A stretch of 64,000 nucleotides of DNA, from the NCBI RefSeq assembly GCF_009914755.1, contig NC_060925.1; one strand, written 5' to 3'. The translations under genes were made by a program, and so were the position numbers. This document shows positions 47,634 through 61,030 of this stretch, in pieces. Origin of the DNA: the human T2T-CHM13v2.0 reference genome, Homo sapiens. The notes below the pieces were generated by a model, which saw nothing but the letters and a program-made list of their open reading frames with translations, did no database searches and had not been told where the DNA came from. The stretch's first letter is position 1. Every line of letters begins with the position of its first letter.

Positions 47634-48301
47634 AGAGACCCCCACTTTTAAATTTCCCATAAATCAACATATTTACAATTAAGTTCATTACATTAAATCC
47701 ATAGAGAGCTGCTGAGTTTTGTTCCATTCATTCACTCATTCAACATCTTCCGAGTGATTGAGGGTTTACTATGTGCCAAATACTATTTTAGGCATGGGGA
47801 TGGAGCAGGGAACAAGGCCAAAGCATTTCCTGCCCTTATAGAACTTATAATCTAGAGAGGGAGCACACAATAAACTAATAAAGGATATGTATTTTAAGTG
47901 ATGTTAAATGCTATGGAGTGGGGCATAGAACAAAATAGGGGGCAAATGAAGTGCTGGGGGGATGAAATGGAGAGGGGTTGCTATTTCATATAAGAAAAGA
48001 AAAGCCCTCCTCATGAGGTGCCCTGTGAGCAGAACACATGTGGGCTGTGAGGGCCATGTAGACATCTGGGACAAGAGCATTCCAGGAAGAGGAAAAAAGC
48101 ACATGCAAAGGCCCTGAGGCCAAAGGCTGCTTGATGTGTATAAGAACCAGCAAGAAGGCCTGTAGGATCAGAGTCAAGAGAATGAGGGGTTGGGGGAGCA
48201 GACCATGGATGACTTTATAGGCCATTGTGAGTGAGATGAGGCTTTGAGCAGAGGGTGGCCTGATGGGACCTATAGTCCCCTCCTCCCCCCAACACTGGCT
48301 G

Positions 48302-48597
<296 letters not shown>

Positions 48598-48915
48598 AAC
48601 ACTGGCTGTTTTAAAGGAGAATTGTCATTTATTTTTGGTTTTGTTTGTTTACATTTTAATAGGATTGCTCTAGCAGCTGTGTTGAGAAAAGACAACACAG
48701 GGAGACAAGCATAGAAGCAGGAAGGGGAGGTAGCTGCAAAAGGCAGGAGAGAGGTGAGGCGGGCTGGTCCAGGAGGTGGCCAGGATTCGGGGGTGAGGCA
48801 GTGGGAGTAGCAAAAGCAGATTCTGGATGCTCTTGACAGTAGAGCCTGTAGGACTTGCTGATGGATCAAATGTGGGTGTGAGAAGTCAGGCAGGACTCCC
48901 AAGGTTTGGCCCTGG

Positions 48916-49833
<918 letters not shown>

Positions 49834-50059
49834 TTGGTTTTTATTTCGTTAGTATTAAGAAACCTAATAGGCATTCATTCAAGTGGACGTATCAAGTAAG
49901 CAATTGTACATAGAAGCCTAGGCAAGCTAGAAATTAAGGAATCATCAGCTTTAGATCATATTGAAAGCCTTAAGACCAGATGAAATGAATGAGCAAGTAA
50001 GTGACTGCAGAGAAAGACTGCCACAGACTGAGCTCTGGAGTCAGACAGGAGGAAGAAGC

Positions 50060-52200
50060 AGCACTCCCTGAGCTGGGGGTTGTGCAGAGCTGTACAGAGA
50101 GAGAGAGAGTGCCAGAGGTTTGCAGAGGGTTCCCTTCAAGTCTTTACTGAGCAGTGCAGGCAAGTGAAGAAATACCTGCATTTCAAATTCCTACTGTGGT
50201 AGGCACTCCTACCCCATGCCAGATAAAGAATCACCAGCGAATATTAGAGAAAACAATCCCCAGCACTCACGCACGGCCCAGAGGAACTCCGAATTCCGCC
50301 AATCATGGTGAAAACCTTCACAACTCAAGGATTTGTTGAGTAGAATGCTGCTCAGGGCCCACCCCCTAAAAAAAGTGTAAAAACATGACCTGAAGCATCA
50401 AGCTCTTTCCAAGGAACTTACCTGCACCCCAGAACAAAGCTCAAAAATATTCATAAAAATAAACATTATATGTATCTCAAAGTAAACTTCTCAATGTCTG
50501 GCATTCAATAAAAAATTATCTGGCTTGTAAAGTAGGAAAATATTACCTACAATGAAGAGAAAAGCCAATCAATATAAACAATCTCAGAAATTACTTAGGT
50601 GATAAAGTTAGTAGAAATGACACATGTTCCATATGCTTGAGCACTAAACACGGAAACCAGAGGACCCAGATGCAGGTCCAGACACCGAGTGAAACTTCTG
50701 CAGGTGAAATGGCAATGCCTGAGACGAAAAATACGCTGGATGGAATTGACAGCAGATTAGATACTATAGGAAAGATGAGTGAATTTAAAGACACAGCAAT
50801 GGAAATTACACGAAAATGAAAAACAGAAAGAAAAAAGACTGACAAAAAATGAACAAAGCCTGAGTTAGCTGTGAAACAAATTCAAGTGATCTAATATTTG
50901 TGTAGTAGAATCGCCAAAGGAAAGGAGAGGCAGGGGCAGAAAAAAATATTTGAAGAAATAATGGCTGAAAAAACTCCAAATCTGATAGCAACTATAAACT
51001 CAAAGACCAGAGAAGTTCAGTGAAACTCAAGGACAAGAACTTTAAAGAAAATCAACACCAAGGCACATCATAATCAAATTGCTTCAGACTAGTGATACAG
51101 ATGAAATCTTAAAACCAAGCAGAGATAAAAGACACGTTGCATAAAAGAAATAAAGATAAGAATGGCAGTTCACTCCTTATCGGAAACAAAATGAGCCAGA
51201 AAACACTGAAACAGTATCTTCATGTTAGAAAAAAAAAATTGAAAACCCTAAAAATCGAAATTGAGCAAAAATAGCTTCAAACACAGAAGTGAAATAAAGA
51301 CTTTTTTGGACATATAAAAGCTGAAAGAATTAGTCACCAGGAGATCTACACTTCAAGATCTGTCAAGGAAAGCCCTTCAGACAAAAGGGAAATGAGACCA
51401 TGGAAATCTAATCTATACAAGAGAATAAGGAGTCTTAGATATGGTAACTATGTGAGTAAATATAAAACACTTTTTTCTTATTGTTTAAATCTATTGAAAA
51501 GAATTGGCTGAAAATGCAGTATATATGTACAAAGTATTGAATAGTATTCAGTCTTAAACAGGAAGGAAATTCTGACACATTCTACAATGTTACAGATGAA
51601 TCTTGAGGACATTATGCTAAGTGAAATACGACAGTGAGGAAAAGACAAATACTGTATGACTCCATTTATATGAGGTACTGTACCTAGAGAAGCCAATTCC
51701 TAGACAGGAAGTAAAATGGTGGTTGCCAGGCACTGTGGGGAGAAGTGAATGGGGAGTTGTTGTTAAACAGGTACAGAGTTTCAGGTTTGCAACATGAAGC
51801 GTTCTAGAGATGGATGGTGGTGATGGTTGCACAACAATGGGAATATATTTAATGCCACTGTACATTTCAAGATGGCTGAGTTGCTACATTTTATGTCTAT
51901 TTTACCACAATTAAAAGGAAAAGAGAGACAGAGAATTAGTAGCTTATTAAGTAAAAACAATAACAATGTATGTGGGTGTACAACATATGTAGAAGTACAA
52001 CATCCCCAGCACAGATGCTGGGGGAGGATGGAAGCAAATGGTTGTCAGTTTCTTATACTCTGTATAAAGTAGTGTATTATCACTTGGAGGTGGACTGTGA
52101 TGAAGACCTATACTATCAACCCCAAAACCACCACTAAACCTCACAAGAAGTTATTCTTCCTAAGTGACAAATGAGATAAAACAATCACAAAAATGCCTCT
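50060..52200 (+). mobile_element. Old L1 5'/ORF1 region with a nested L1MB 3' end (~51525-51915)
   Basis: Peptide KNTLDGIDSRLD (ORF1p coiled coil), caaggcacatcataatcaaattg; nested 3'UTR motifs. Confidence 0.8.
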
Positions 52201-52300
52201 GTCCACTGAAAAGGCCTAGAAATAGCGGTCCCCTGGAGCAGCAAGCACAAGCGTACATATATATTAAAAATTGTCAAAATGTACACTTTAAATATGTGCA

Positions 52301-52630
52301 GGCCAGGTGCGGTGGCTCACGCCTGTAATCCCAGCACTTTGGGAGGCTGCCCAGCACTTTGGGAGGCTGAGGCAGGCGGATTACCTGAGGTCAGGAGTTT
52401 GAGACCAGCACAGCCAACAAGGCGAAACCCCGTCTCTACTAAAAATACAAAAATTAGCCAGGTGTGGTGGCGCGTGGCTGTAATCCCAGCTACTCAGAAG
52501 TCTGAGGCAGGAGAATCACTTGAACCCGGGAGGCAGAGGTCATAGTGAGCTGAGATCACGCCACTGCATTCCAGCCTGTGCAACAAAGCAAGACTACATC
52601 TCAAAAAATAAAATAAAATAAATACATACG
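52301..52630 (+). mobile_element. Alu with internal 20-bp tandem duplication
   Basis: CCCAGCACTTTGGGAGGCTG x2 at 52330-52369. Confidence 0.95.
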
Positions 52631-52709
52631 TATGTGCAGTTATGCCTATACTTCAATAAAATTGTTTCAAATAAAAGCACGATGAGCTGCCTGGACAGGT
52701 GAAAATTCC

Positions 52710-53105
52710 AGTGGTAGTCATAATGTCTTTCCATAGACTTTCTCTTCTCCTTTCTTTCAGGGACATAACAATATTGCATTTCCTGTCCTCTTTGAAATTA
52801 AGTGTTGCCACATGACTTGCTTTGGCCCATGAAATGTAAATAGAAGTTCTTATAGCAATTCCTGGTAAGTGCTTCTCTAACTAATGCACAATCAGTCCTA
52901 ATGCATAGCCACTCCTACCTGAGTGATTGTGGAGATGCATTTAGATAAAACACACTCGGTCAGCCTGGGTCTAGGAGGGCCCATGAGCAAGTCTCTGCTC
53001 GTGGGAGTGGACAGGTAGTCTGAGCGAGGAACTTTGCTGCGTAAGTCATAAATGGGTTGAGAGATCTGCATTACTGCAGTTAATCTAGCCCATTCTGACT
53101 GAATA
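52710..53105 (+). mobile_element. MLT1J/K-like MaLR LTR
   Basis: catgacttgctttggcccatgaaatg, ttactgcagttaatctagcccattctgactgaata. Confidence 0.7.
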
Positions 53106-53109
53106 TTCC

Positions 53110-54303
53110 CTAGCAACAGAGGTATCTGATCATGGACATAGTTTTGACAGTGGAAGGTAAAGTGGCCCAGTGACCTCTGAGGTGTCTACTTTCTTGAAGA
53201 TGTGAGTTATATGTCATAGTCTCCACCAGCCTGGGTGTGGAATTGAGCTTCCATTTTCAAGTCTCCACTTGTATGTCTGGAATTTGGCTCCTTCTCAAGG
53301 TAACACCCAGGGATTGCTGAGTTCCCAAGTGCTCAGACACAAGTCCACTCATTTTCTTCAATTCCAGTTACCAAAGAAAGTCACCATTCCACCGAGGCTG
53401 TGACCAGTGCCCTCCACCAGGCCTAGCTCCAAGAATCTCATGCATCAAGCCCCAGGGCTCCTCACGTTGGGCATTAAATGTAAGGTCATGCCACATTCTT
53501 TAACATTGTCAGGAAGCAGGAAGGAAAGTACCAGATACTTGAAGGACCCACTGACCTGGAAAAAAGTGGGATCTAGTTTCAGCTTGAAAAAATCCTTCTT
53601 CATAATTACATTTCCCTTAGGCAAATCTCTAACATGCCTAGGCTTTTGTATATCTGTTTTTACTGCGTCACAAACCTCCCCCAAAGAGAAGGGAGACGAT
53701 AACTGGAGAAAACCACAAATTAATCTTCCAATATTTTTTTCTTCCATATAATCAGCAGTGCCTCAGAATCAAAGCAGTCTCTAAAAATATTTTGAAGAAA
53801 TTTATTTTCTTGGATCTTCAAAGATCCAAAGTTACTGAGATGCAAAGAATCTTCCACAGTATCATCCAAGGATACTGAAGGGCTCCTTCAAACCTCGCCC
53901 TTGTATATTTCTTCTTCCAGTTGTGATACTGCAGTTACATTTGCAAACCAAATGATCCCTTTGGGTGGTTTTTCCAAAACAAATCGTCTTTCCCAAAGGC
54001 CTACCTAAGTCTTCATTTTCCACAAAGTAGAAAACTGCCCACAGCTTTGAAATGGCAGCATAATTTGTATTTCTACCACCTTGTCCAGGTTTCAGGGATC
54101 TCTGGTCCAGTTTCAGTCAATAATGCTAACTATCACTGCAGCTCACTGACTTCTTTCTTGTACATAGCAGTTTTTCGCAGGAAGAAAACAAATCTAACGA
54201 ATAGGAATAACTTCAGGTGATGCTGTTTTCTTCCCGCTTCCTGGGATCACTGTCTTTCCTCTGAAATGGTTTTAATCAGAACCAATCTGTTATACTCAGG
54301 AGC
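53110..54303 (-). pseudogene. Possible decayed coding exon (unidentified), divergent from RAB4A
   Basis: Non-repeat-looking sequence. Polypyrimidine tract + TTAG acceptor ending at 54304 on the minus strand. Long stop-poor stretches in two alternating frames (54116-53865, 54004-53723, 53747-53445). No homolog recognised. Confidence 0.3.
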
Positions 54304-54821
54304 CTAAATCAAACACGACATGCAGAGAGACAAACAAGAAAGCAACAAATGATCTGAGCCACTGAACAAGAAATATATATAAAACAGTTTTAGGAATTAC
54401 AGCTGTCACAACTTTTCACCATGGGGCCTTCTCTGTGATTTAGAAAAAACTGCATTTATTTGTTATTAGGATCGGAGACAAGAGAAAAATACCGACCCAA
54501 ATAGCCACTGGGGAAGAGGGAAGCTCTGATGCCAATTTATGTGGAGGATGGAGCCAAACTGACTCACACACACACACACAAAAGTATGTACTGGCATTTT
54601 CCACACAGTCCAGGTCACTTGGGAGCTTAGCCAAGGATATTTTGAGCATTCGACTACCTATTGTGAACAAGGTTGGGAACTATGAGGCGCTATGTGGCCC
54701 TGATCAAGCTCAGATGGGCCAAATCCTCAACCAAAATTCTCTTTCCCATAAATGTTTATCTCTACATTTCCCACAGAAGGGGATTCTAACTCAGTTTTGC
54801 TTCTGAAACCAAACTATCCAA

Positions 54822-55072
54822 GGCCAGGTGAGATGACTCATGCCTGTAATCCCAGCAATTTGGGAGGCCAAGGAGGGAGGATGCTTGAACTCAGGAGTTC
54901 AAGACCAGCCTGGGCAACATAACAAGACCCCATCTCTACAAAAAATTTAAAAATTGGCGCGGTGTGGTCGTGTGAGCCCCTAGCCCCAGCTACTCAGGAG
55001 GCTGAGGCAGGAGAATCGGTTGGGCTGGGCTGACAGTGCCAGACCCTGTTAAAAAATAAAAATTAAAAAAAC
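54822..55072 (+). mobile_element. AluJ with right-arm deletion
   Basis: Left arm intact; right arm jumps from ggagaatcg to ctgggctgacag. Confidence 0.85.
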
Positions 55073-55599
55073 TCCTAAATTTGGAAACACATCCCCAGCT
55101 GAGGGCCGGGAGATACTTCTCAACCGTAATCCAGAACCCTCTAAAATGGGATGTGGAGAGGCTGCAGCCTGTAGTCTTGCGATGACCTTTTAGCACCTGG
55201 GCATCTTGCGCTTCTGTCATTCCGCCCACACCCGCTCAGCTCCATCCAAGAGGGCCCGGCAGTTTGGAGTGAAAGCTTAGCTTCCCAACGGGTAAATGAA
55301 CCTGCCTCCCATTCACAGGGCGGCCTCTGGCTGGACACCTGGGGCCTACTGCCTCCTTGTTACACATTAACCAAGTTCTGGCCTCCATCGTAACAGCGTC
55401 AGGGAAGTTTTTTCCTGGCTGACAGCCGCAGATGATGACCGAAGACAACGTCTTAACTGAGACGGGCCAATTTGGCAAATGGACTGCTTTCCTCCCCAGT
55501 GCGGGCACCTTCCTCCTCTGTCCGGCAACTGGACCCCACTGTCCCCAGCCCTCTGTCACCCCCAAACCTGCCCACCGCCCGCCTCTACCCGACCCTCCC

Positions 55600-56275
55600 T
55601 CAGGGAAATCGGGACTCAGCCCCCAACGCCCCCACCTGCCGCTCTGCCCACCTCAGCGCACACCGCCAGAGCGCCCAGCCCGCGCACGTGCTTCCGGCGC
55701 GCGCCGAAGTCCTCACGCGCCCCGCCCCGGCCTCCCCGTGCGCACGCGCGAACGCGGGGTGGGCCGGGCCTCGCGTAGCCCATCTCCTCTTCCTCCTCGC
55801 GGTCGCGGCCGGACGGAGGGTGGAGGGCCCTGCGCCTGCGCGGAGCTGGAGTCCGGCTGGGCCGCAGCCGCTGGGAGACCGGCGGTTGCCGTGGGGACCG
55901 GTCGGGCCCCTCCCTCCTCCGGTCCCCCGCCCCAGGTCCTTCCCCACCGAGACGCGCCGGCGGACCGCGGGCGAGTGCAGCCGGTGACCCGGCGAGAGGC
56001 GGCGCCGCTCCCAAGATGTCGCAGACGGCCATGTCCGAAACCTACGGTACGAGGCCCGGGCTGGCGGGGCGCGCGGGTCGGGCCGCGGGGGGCGTCGGTG
56101 GCGCGGGGCCGGGCCTGGGCTGCGGGGGTCTTGAGGGTGGCGGTGGCGCCGGCCGGAGCCGGGGGACGGATCTCGGAGGTGTCTGGGCTTGGGACCGGGA
56201 TGGGGGACGCGGGCCGCTGGGGGCTCGGGTGGGGTAGCGGGTGCGCGGGGCGCGGGGGCGCTGTGCACAGCGCAT
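55600..56275 (-). other. HRES1: HRES-1/p28 (putative HTLV-1-related endogenous sequence) antisense ORF region; coding status doubtful
   Basis: Minus-strand translations contain RHRHPQDPRSPGPAPRHRRPPRPDPRAPPARASYRRFRTWPSATSWERRRLSPGHR and GPSTLRPAATARRKRRWATRG...GALGAESRFP, which I recall from the published HRES-1 p28 sequence. The MRCA start ATG is at 56275. Confidence 0.75.
56016..56046 (+). CDS. RAB4A: RAB4A first coding exon (Ras-related protein Rab-4A, N-terminus MSQTAMSETY + first base of Asp codon)
   Basis: ATG TCG CAG ACG GCC ATG TCC GAA ACC TAC G|gtacga. The translation matches the known RAB4A N-terminus MSQTAMSETYD(FLFKF...). Phase-1 GT donor at 56047, inside a CpG island. Confidence 0.95.
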
Positions 56276-56624
56276 TGGCGTGATCCGCCTTTTCAAGTTT
56301 CCTCTTGCTCTTTCTCTGCTCTTGCACTCTTAGCGCTTTTCCCCTCTCAGTCTAATGTAAATAACTGAAGGTTTGAAAAGCCAGCTTGATGTTCGGTTTC
56401 AGCTGCGATATTATCCCCAGCGAGCCTGTGAAGGGCTTAGGGCGACGCCTGTGTTCCTCAAATACTTCAGTTTGACCTTTCCTGGTTTGGAATTCCTTGC
56501 TTTACATTGGGATTACAGTGAGGAGTTATTAATAGGCTAATTCATTCATCTCTTCCTCCGGAGACCTCTTGCTTCGTTTATTTCTCCCTCCCTCTCAGTG
56601 TTTTTTAGCCTTTTCTGGGTTGCA

Positions 56625-56762
56625 TTTTGGCTATTTATAAACATGTCTTGTCTCCTTCTTAAGACCGTAAGCACCTTGGAAGCAAAGCCCTGGCTGTTTA
56701 ATCTTTGTTTCCCCTGCAGCACCCAGACCTGGAGGTGCTTGACAAATACTGTTTTGAATAAG
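56625..56762 (+). mobile_element. L2 3'-end-like fragment
   Basis: tcttgtctcc...agaccgtaagcacc...ttcccctgcagcacccaga...ggtgcttgacaaatactgttttgaataa. Confidence 0.55.
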
Positions 56763-58108
56763 CGAAAGCTTTCCCAGTGCATATGCTGTGTGCTTTTTTT
56801 TTTTTCTCCCCTTTTTTGGCCTTGCGTGGTAAGAATAAACAACTTGTACTTTGTATCAGAGTTGAATATTAATAGATGTTTACCAGTCCCTAATCACTCT
56901 TTCAGATGTATGTATTCTCAGATTAAGACTTTGATTTGGAGTTTTACAGTCCCAGAGAGAGGCTCAAGTTCAAAATTACATACCTCAAGCCAAATTAGTC
57001 CTGTCTCCATCTGTCCTGGCATGCTGCTTCCTTCTCTGCAACAAATACTGTGGAATGGCATTAGGGAAGCGAGCACCGTGCTGGGAGGGCTGTACATCCT
57101 GCAGAAACACAGCAGACACGGCTCTGGTCTCATGGAGCGTAGTCTATTGAGGGAATGCAGTATTAATCCAATTGTGATACTAATGAGTGAATAATTAAAA
57201 ACCAGGCAAGAGTTCTGAAGGAGTGTGGTCCGTGAAAGTGTGTTAGAAAGAAAGATGACCCAGACAGGGGTGTCAGGGAGGCATTAACCAGGCAGCACGC
57301 AGAACATCTCAGGCCTGTGGGAAGGGTAACTCAAGAAGGGTGTGTTTTGAGTACCACGCTGGAGAGGTGGATGAGGAGGCAGAGAGGAGAGGGTCTTGAG
57401 GAAGGCGTCAGTTTGTCTTGTAAGAAAAAATGGGAACTTTTGGAAGGGCTTCCATGCTGGGGTCACAGTGCATTTGGTCCACCTTCAGTGAGTGACTCCT
57501 GTGACTGGTACTGCCCTGTTCTTGGTGACAAAGGGGCATGACATCTGTTCCTAGAAGGCGTAGGAAATCCTCCAGTAAGTCGATGCCTTCATCAGGACAA
57601 GTGTTTGCAAATGTTTCTGCAAATGGCAGTGGTCTGGTTCTTCCTGTAGAGAACCACAGTCAGAAATGTTGTAAGGAAAACATGGTCTTTAGCAATTTTT
57701 GGTTACATCTTTGCACTTCTTTATTTTCAAGTGCTCTTTAGCCCAGGCTTAGTTTCTTTAACCTGAGTAAGGAGCACGGAGCACTAGGGGAAGGGTGGAA
57801 TGTCCAAATAAGAAAAGCAAGTGGGGGTCATGAATCAGTAAGAAAGGATTGGAAGAGTTCAGGAGATAGAGCTTTTATGTTTCATTTTTCGTATACGCAT
57901 GATAACAACTGATAAAATAGAGCATATCTTTGGCATCTCCACTTCAGACACAGTTAACTGAACTTTTGAGCTTCACAGATTGATTACATTCTGATCATAA
58001 GGCTTTGACCATTAGTATTCTTATTTCATGGTAACTTCCAAGTATGTTTTTACTTTGCAACTCTGAATTGAATCTTTTCTTCTAATAGAGGAAATTAATC
58101 GAAAACTA

Positions 58109-58485
<377 letters not shown>

Positions 58486-58725
58486 CTAGAACCAAGTCCT
58501 AGGCTGTCACTTTGACGTATCAGTGGCCATATTTATACAGCATTGTTCCTTAAAAGTGAAACAGTCAGGCTCTCTTCTGGACATTTGCCTCTGAGCTGGT
58601 GAAGGAATGTTTGCCTAACCTTTAAACTCCTTTGTACTCTGTGCTTATTTGCTCTTCTGTAAAAGGAGGCTCTGTGTAGCTTGACAGAGAGATGAGGAAT
58701 GAAATGTACTGGGTTTTTGTTTCCC

Positions 58726-59041
58726 TTTTTTTTTTTTTTTTTTTTTTTGAGACAGGACCTCGCTCTGTCACCCATGCTGGAGTGCAGTGACACAATCACG
58801 GCTCACTGCCACCTCCATCTCCCCATCTCAAGTGATCCTCCCACTTCAGCCTCCTGAGTAGCTGGGACCACAGGTGCATGCCACCACACCTGGCTAATTT
58901 TTTTTTTTTTTTTAATTTTTTTTGTAGAGACGAGGTCTCTGTCTGTTGCTCAGTCTCATCCCGAACTCCTGGGCTCAAGTGATCCTCGTGCCTCCACCTC
59001 CCAAAATGTTGAGATCACAGGCATGAGCCACTGTGCCCTGC
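58726..59041 (-). mobile_element. AluJ
   Basis: Reverse Alu; TGAAATGTACTG repeated on both flanks. Confidence 0.9.
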
Positions 59042-59721
59042 TGAAATGTACTGTTTATGAGCTACCTCTCATTAATGTGTTCATTTAATATGCTTTTTAA
59101 CATATTAAAACAGTATTTCACCTTCCATAGACTGAGTAGTGTTGAACATTTTTGTTGCTTTGAAGTCACCACATGAATACTGTACTTTATGTAATATCGT
59201 GAAACAAATTGAAATCTTAGGTTTTGGATGAAACCCTTAGTCTGAATATGAAACAATTCTACCAAATGCCATTAGATACACTACATTCTTAAAGCCCTGG
59301 CCAGTTAGTATGGCTTGGGACTTCCCAAGGAACTCTGCTTCAGCCATCTGAGACCTGGGAGATTACAAATTGGCTGAAAGTAATTTTGATGCTAAGCAGC
59401 GATGTTCAGAAAGGAGCTGAAAAGTATATGTAGTGGGAAAATGCCAGGAATTTCTTTTAAAATTAAGTGCTGGGGCAGTTCGAGAGTGAGGAAAAATCTA
59501 ATACAAAATCTCTACATATATTAGAGTTTATGCCGTCTACAATGGGAATAACAAATGAAACAGAAGAATACAATTCAAATTGCTGGTTCTATGCTCATTT
59601 TTATTAAAATATACTCTTAATGTTTTTATTTTGTGCTTCATTTTGAAAACAGCACAGTATTACAGTATTTGCCATATAATTTTGAGAATTATCAGAATAT
59701 TTTCCTTAAAAATGTATCATT

Positions 59722-60190
59722 TTAGGCTGTTCAGGTTGAATTGTGTTCCCCAAAATATCTGTTTAAGTCCTAACCCCTAGTACCTGTGAATGTGACCGCA
59801 TTTGGAAATAAGGTCTTTGCAGATGTAATCAAGTTAAGATGAGGTCATCGTACTGAATTATGGTGAGCCCTAATTCAGTGACTGGTGTCATTATAAGATG
59901 AGGGAAACTTAGACACAAATGCATTCAGAGAGAAAGAGATGTGAGGATGGAGGCCAAGATTGGAGGGATGCATCTACCAGCCAAGGAGTGCCAAGGGGTG
60001 GCTGGCAACCACCAGAAGCTAGAGAGAGGCAAGGAGGGATCCTTCCCTTGAGCCTTCAGAGAGACCTTGACCCTGTCAGCACTCTGAATTTGAATGCCCG
60101 GCCTCCAGAACTGTGAGACAATAAACTTCTGTTGTTTTAAGCTTCCCAGTTTGTGGTTCTTTGTGATGGCAGCCCTAAGAAACTAAAATA
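59722..60190 (+). mobile_element. MLT1C/B MaLR solo LTR
   Basis: ggttgaattgtgttcccc, aaggtctttgcagatgtaat, gcagccctaagaaactaa. Confidence 0.85.
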
Positions 60191-60280
60191 TAGGCTTTGC
60201 TCATCAAAATACGATTCATGAGAAATTTAGGATGACAAGGCAAGATGAAGTGAAGAAGATATCCTTGGTAAAGGAAATAG

Positions 60281-60604
<324 letters not shown>

Positions 60605-60867
60605 TAAATAGCATTTCAAAGTCACCTGGTTCCAATAAATTATGAAATAACTTGCTCTTAGGGAAATCACCCCAATTGCCCTTTACCTTAATTTCATGAA
60701 AGATGGAACAGGTAAACATGTCAACAAAGGAATCCTGTAACACCAAAACAAAGGACATTTCTTCAAGTTGAATAAATATATGATTATACATGTTTGTCAT
60801 TTTCTTTTTCTCATTCACTGAAAGCTGGTGAACATTTCAAGTACCAAAGTTTGGGAAACATTGCACC

Positions 60868-61030
60868 AGTGGCTTATCAAACTAATGTGCACACGAGTCC
60901 CCTGGTGTATTAAAATGTAGATCCTGACTTGGAGGGTGAGGGAGATCGGCATCTGACCAGCTCCCGGGCCGTGCAGGTGCTGTTGGTCCAGGGAGGCATG
61001 TAATGACTCCATGCTCGAGAACTTTGAAAG
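60868..61030. mobile_element. MER5-like hAT element
   Basis: cagtggcttatcaaact...ttaaaatgtagatcctg...ctgttggtccaggga. Confidence 0.6.

Larger units (their letters stand above)
55590..56285. promoter_or_regulatory. CpG island / TATA-less, probably bidirectional promoter and 5'UTR of RAB4A
   Basis: Very high GC and CpG density. E-box CACGTG 55685-55690; ETS/GABP CTTCCGG 55691-55697; GC box CCCGCCCC ~55721-55728; NRF1-like TGCGCACGCGC 55739-55749 and TGCGCCTGCGC 55831-55841. Confidence 0.9.

Noticed and set aside
56016-56237. 73-aa ORF starting at the RAB4A ATG
   Set aside because: Read-through into intron 1; only the first 31 nt are exon.
55432-56283. 283-aa and 171-aa plus-strand ORFs over the CpG island
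   Set aside because: Stop-poor because of GC content, low-complexity A/G/P/R. They start upstream of the probable TSS and are not in the RAB4A frame context.
56598-57194. 198-aa intronic ORF
   Set aside because: GTG start, overlaps L2-like fragments, no recognisable domain.
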